Part shown: positions 58,296-61,940 of the stretch, one piece after another | Layout: each line of letters begins with the position of its first letter | Numbering within the stretch: the first letter of the stretch is position 1 | Assembly: GCA_029067805.1 (NCBI GenBank) | Contig: JAIEDW010000368.1 | Coordinates: 1-61,940, forward strand | From: Lachnospiraceae bacterium | GTDB taxonomy: Bacteria > Bacillota > Clostridia > Lachnospirales > Lachnospiraceae | Direction of reading: 5' to 3' | Length of the DNA stretch: 61,940 nt | Notes under the pieces: generated by a model | The model's input: the letters and a program-made list of their open reading frames with translations, nothing else | Told to the model about the DNA's origin: nothing | The model's database searches: none | Translations under genes and position numbers: made by a program

Positions 58296-59651
58296 TCAGT
58301 CATTACTGCCCTCATCTTCCGCGTCCTCATGCTCCTTTAACACGACCGTAAGCGTATAGGTACGATCCGTCTGTATCTTAGCATCTTCCGCAAGCTTAAA
58401 GTCAAACAACACTTCTCCTTCATAGTGTCCCGCCTGCCATTCCTCGAGCGCAAGACTTTCATAAATCCGATCCATGTCAACAACGCCGATGACACGCTCC
58501 TCATCTATCGCATCGACTGCCTCCTGTGTACCCGATACTCTCACGCGAAGCTGTGCGTTCTCCCGATTGTCAAACTCACTGATCACCGCATCAAGCGCGT
58601 CTGGTTTTGCATGACCTCCAAATCCCGCCGCAAAATTTCTGGCAGGAATCGCCAACTCTCTTGTGGCAAGCGGTTCAACACCAACCTCAACGCTGATGTT
58701 TCCGTTAAAATTGCCGTCCGCAAACTGTGTGCCCGTCGGCAGATACTTCCTGATATTAACAATGCTTGTCACATTGTCGTTCTTCCCCTCTAAACTAAGC
58801 GCCGGATCCGAAACCGTAAGTTTCGTCACCGTGTCAAGCGCCGTTTTTCTTCCCGCAAGCAAGACAGTATTTGGCACACTCTCAATCTTTCCGTTTGCAA
58901 TATATCCCGGTTCCGGCTCGTCGGAAATCACAAAGTCAAGCGGAACCTCTTTTGTCGCAAGAATCGTGACCGCCACGTTTACCGTGGAAATATTCATCTT
59001 GATCGAATTACTCTTGACATCATTTCCCTGTGCATCATAAAGTTTTAATTCCACATTCGTATTAATATCGGTAGCATATCCGTCAATGCTCGCCACAGCT
59101 TCCACATGGTCAATCTGATCAATCACAGATTCGGGACCTGAAAGACGCACAATATTCTGGCTGGGCGTAACACTTCCCACAATATATCCTACCGCAGGTT
59201 CTCCACTCGTCGAGGTATTGATGATCATCTGAATGCGCTTCATGTCTTCGATAGAAAGCTTTACACTGTCGATGTTTCCCTTGAACTCCAGTTCAGAGTT
59301 ATTGCGCGTGCTGGAAAGCTCAATACTGACCGTATTCATGAAGGTAAGCTCCTCCATGTCAGCCACAGCCCTTATATTTTCCTTAGTAATATAGCGCAAC
59401 ACAGAACGTTTTCCCGTCACTGACACGTTCACGGTACCTGTATTGTCAATAATCTCATAAACCTTTCCACTGTTGGTGATCTGCTCCTCATTAAGAATCT
59501 CAACGGGAATATTGTTGAAGCGCGCCGTTTCGAGCGGGTCGTTAATATTGTTTACCACGAACCACAGTCCCAAAGACACGATTACGGCCAAAAGCTTCAG
59601 ACCGAAATTGTTTGTGATCAAAGCAACGAGTTTATGAAGCTTACTTTTCAT
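58296..59651 (-). CDS. cdaR: YbbR-domain CdaA regulator
   Basis: N-terminal TM (NNFGLKLLAV...LW); repeated V.V.G YbbR-like units; lies between cdaA and glmM. Confidence 0.85.
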   Translation of the reverse strand: MKSKLHKLVALITNNFGLKLLAVIVSLGLWFVVNNINDPLETARFNNIPVEILNEEQITNSGKVYEIIDNTGTVNVSVTGKRSVLRYITKENIRAVADMEELTFMNTVSIELSSTRNNSELEFKGNIDSVKLSIEDMKRIQMIINTSTSGEPAVGYIVGSVTPSQNIVRLSGPESVIDQIDHVEAVASIDGYATDINTNVELKLYDAQGNDVKSNSIKMNISTVNVAVTILATKEVPLDFVISDEPEPGYIANGKIESVPNTVLLAGRKTALDTVTKLTVSDPALSLEGKNDNVTSIVNIRKYLPTGTQFADGNFNGNISVEVGVEPLATRELAIPARNFAAGFGGHAKPDALDAVISEFDNRENAQLRVRVSGTQEAVDAIDEERVIGVVDMDRIYESLALEEWQAGHYEGEVLFDFKLAEDAKIQTDRTYTLTVVLKEHEDAEDEGSND

Positions 59652-60516
59652 CCTTAACCCTGCCTTTCCATAATCTGCGTTTCTTTTCGTCCGTGTCCTT
59701 ATTCTGTATCATGAGCAGTTTCTCCTTCAGTCCGTTAGCATCAAGGTTCCTGTACAGATTCCCCTCGTAAGTAACGCTCACATTTCCCGTTTCCTCCGAC
59801 ACAATGATCGTCAAAGCGTCCGTTGCCTCCGAGATGCCCACACCGGCACGATGTCTTGTGCCAAGCTCCTTGCTGATCTCTGTATTATCCGAAAGCGGCA
59901 GATAACAAGTTGCCGACACGATTCTGTTTCCACGGATGATCACCGCACCGTCATGAAGCGGTGTATTATGCTCAAAAATATTGATGATTAACTGACTCGA
60001 GATGAGTGCATCAACCTCAATCCCTGTTCTCTCGTATTCCGTAAGCAGCACATTCTGCTCAATGACCATAAGCGCACCCGTCTTTACCTTTCCCATCTCA
60101 AAGCACGCCTTCACGATGTCATTGACAGTCTTATCCGAGAACCGCTCCTCCGTCGTCTTTTCAAAAGGCATGAATCCGGAAATAAAGGTCTTTCTTCCAA
60201 GCTCCTCCAACGCGCGCCGCAGTTCCGGCTGCAAAATAACAATCACGGCGATCACGGCAATGCTCAGAACATTTTCCGCAATCCATATGATCGTATTCAT
60301 CTCAAAGATAATCGCAATCAGGATAAATAAAAGTATCACGATGATACCCTTCATCAACACCCAGACTTTTGTATGCTTTACCCATGCCATAATATGATAC
60401 AGCAAAAAGGATATAATGATAATCTCCACTATATCCTCCCATCTTACGTTCATGCCATGCAAAGATGATGATGTAAAATATGAACTTAGCCGCTCCATAA
60501 TCATGCTCGTATTCAT
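59641..60516 (-). CDS. cdaA: Diadenylate cyclase
   Basis: Three TMs, QPELRRALE, TPLHDGA, GTRHRA, VSEETG. Confidence 0.95.
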   Translation of the reverse strand: MNTSMIMERLSSYFTSSSLHGMNVRWEDIVEIIIISFLLYHIMAWVKHTKVWVLMKGIIVILLFILIAIIFEMNTIIWIAENVLSIAVIAVIVILQPELRRALEELGRKTFISGFMPFEKTTEERFSDKTVNDIVKACFEMGKVKTGALMVIEQNVLLTEYERTGIEVDALISSQLIINIFEHNTPLHDGAVIIRGNRIVSATCYLPLSDNTEISKELGTRHRAGVGISEATDALTIIVSEETGNVSVTYEGNLYRNLDANGLKEKLLMIQNKDTDEKKRRLWKGRVKDEK

Positions 60517-60543
60517 TCCACACTAATCCCCATATGCAACTGC

Positions 60544-61515
60544 CTAATTTCGTTTCACTGCTTTTTCCGGCACTTTAATTGTCTTGACGCGCTTTTGCGG
60601 CGTCGCTACCGTATTTTTCGGAACCGCTTTCACATAATAATAATACTCATCGTCCTCAAACTGCACACGCTCCGTTCTGGAATAATCCACGTTAAAGACC
60701 AGAAATTCCAGTATCTTGGCAACACCCACAGCGACAAGACTTCCCAAAATCAATCCGATAATGGAAAGATGCGTATTGTACAGCAGTTCGCCAAACAATA
60801 CCAGTAAAATATCCAGAAGCGCTCCGGTAATGATCGCGATCGTCCACGCATAATCTATACTCAGTCTTCTGATAAAATATACCACAATCAGCGTTGCCAC
60901 AAATGCCACAATGGTGACGTACATCGCTTTGTTTCCCATCAGCCCGTCAATCACATACCGGAATTTTTCAAGCGCTCCGTCCTCCTCAAAGGTACTAAGC
61001 ACAGAGGCGCTTGCGTTCATATAGTGAACGGTGTAATAGACGATCACGCCACTCGCCACCGATACTGCCGAAAACGGCGTTCCTACAAGACCGACAGCAA
61101 TTGGAATAACATATGGTATTTTTAACACAAAACAAATCGGTGTAAACAAAACAACCAGCGTATCTTTCGGTGAAAACCGAAAATACAGGATAAACAGCAG
61201 CAAAAATACGGCAAGCGCCACCACCGCACATTCCATCGAAAAGCGGTACAGATGTCCGAGCGTCACAAGCGCCGCAAGCACTACAGTAAAATTCGTTGGC
61301 AAAAAAGAGCACATCAGTGACAACACAAGCACCACAGCAAAATTTTTCAACTCACTCATATATCCGATAGATGCATTGATCACCAATATCGTCACCAGAG
61401 CAAGCAAAAACTTCGCCGCAGGCGTTATATACAGCTCATATTTACTGTAAAACTTCTTTAGCTGTTCCCGAAAAACCAACAGATCAGTCATAACAATTAA
61501 CTCTCCAACTCCCAA
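60544..61515 (-). CDS. Conserved hypothetical multi-pass membrane protein
   Basis: About 9 TMs; C-terminal DYSRTERVQFEDDEYYYYVKAVPK. Confidence 0.75.
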   Translation of the reverse strand: MGVGELIVMTDLLVFREQLKKFYSKYELYITPAAKFLLALVTILVINASIGYMSELKNFAVVLVLSLMCSFLPTNFTVVLAALVTLGHLYRFSMECAVVALAVFLLLFILYFRFSPKDTLVVLFTPICFVLKIPYVIPIAVGLVGTPFSAVSVASGVIVYYTVHYMNASASVLSTFEEDGALEKFRYVIDGLMGNKAMYVTIVAFVATLIVVYFIRRLSIDYAWTIAIITGALLDILLVLFGELLYNTHLSIIGLILGSLVAVGVAKILEFLVFNVDYSRTERVQFEDDEYYYYVKAVPKNTVATPQKRVKTIKVPEKAVKRN

Positions 61516-61517
61516 AA

Positions 61518-61916
61518 TCAGCGTTTGCCTTCCTTGTCATAAAGATAAGCAAGCTTTTTTAGGTTATTATAATATATTTTCAGACTTCTTCTTGCCCTTG
61601 CATAGCGGAACGTATAAACACCATAAGAAATAATGCCATAAACCCCCGCAAAAACCAGATAGGCAATGATCACAGACTTTCCAAATTCAAACAGATCCAT
61701 CTTATATAAATCTGCCATAAACACTTCAAAGTCATACATAATGAACACACCAAACAGGATACAGAAGGCAATCGTAGCGCTTATCATTGATTTGATTACC
61801 TGTAAGGCAATATAATCCCCCCGGAAGTAGCTTCCGATCGCTACGTTTTTTTTGCCCTCATGCTCCTCATAGCATGCCATTTTGGTCATTAATTTAATTC
61901 TTTCTTCATTTAACAT
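61518..61916 (-). CDS. Hypothetical 2-TM membrane protein
   Basis: 132-aa ORF, two hydrophobic segments, tightly packed with the next gene. Confidence 0.7.
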   Translation of the reverse strand: MLNEERIKLMTKMACYEEHEGKKNVAIGSYFRGDYIALQVIKSMISATIAFCILFGVFIMYDFEVFMADLYKMDLFEFGKSVIIAYLVFAGVYGIISYGVYTFRYARARRSLKIYYNNLKKLAYLYDKEGKR

Positions 61917-61940
61917 ACAAACCCTCTGTTACCTCACACA

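Noticed and set aside
281-60397. Many plus-strand ORFs of 60-260 aa (e.g. 11377..12063, 16116..16844, 41552..42340, 45315..46106)
   Set aside because: All are antisense shadows of well-supported minus-strand genes, with no recognisable motifs.

Overview
This ~62 kb window is coded entirely on the minus strand. It comes from a Firmicute, most likely Lachnospiraceae-like; that is an inference from the cdaA-cdaR-glmM context, a Spo0A C-terminal protein and the Shine-Dalgarno style. Reading from the right end, two membrane proteins and the housekeeping cdaA-cdaR-glmM-HPr block come first. They are followed by a surface-glycan superlocus of >56 kb and ~50 genes that runs off the left edge. It contains four recognisable modules. 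(1) rfbD, gmd-fcl, a long priming transferase, a Wzz/pseudo-kinase, an EpsG-type polymerase, several GTs, a sialyltransferase-like GT, a PglK-like ABC flippase and an MBOAT/SGNH O-acylation pair. (2) A pseudaminic-acid pathway (pseB, C, F, I, H-like, G) with an added formyltransferase and PIG-L deacetylase. (3) An rffA + GT-C + GNAT + ArnC-like module. (4) A pgl-like module: 872-aa O-ligase/OTase-like protein, dehydratase, aminotransferase, short phosphoglycosyl transferase + ATP-grasp enzyme (split Neisseria PglB2 architecture), TviB/TviC, deacetylase, FemAB-like protein, AsnB and GT4s. An AT-rich VanZ/hypothetical/HD block with att-like flanking repeats interrupts module 4. Two families of conserved intergenic hairpins sit directly behind stop codons. 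No rRNA, tRNA, CRISPR array, transposase or integrase was recognised. All protein assignments come from motif recognition by eye, not from database searches.
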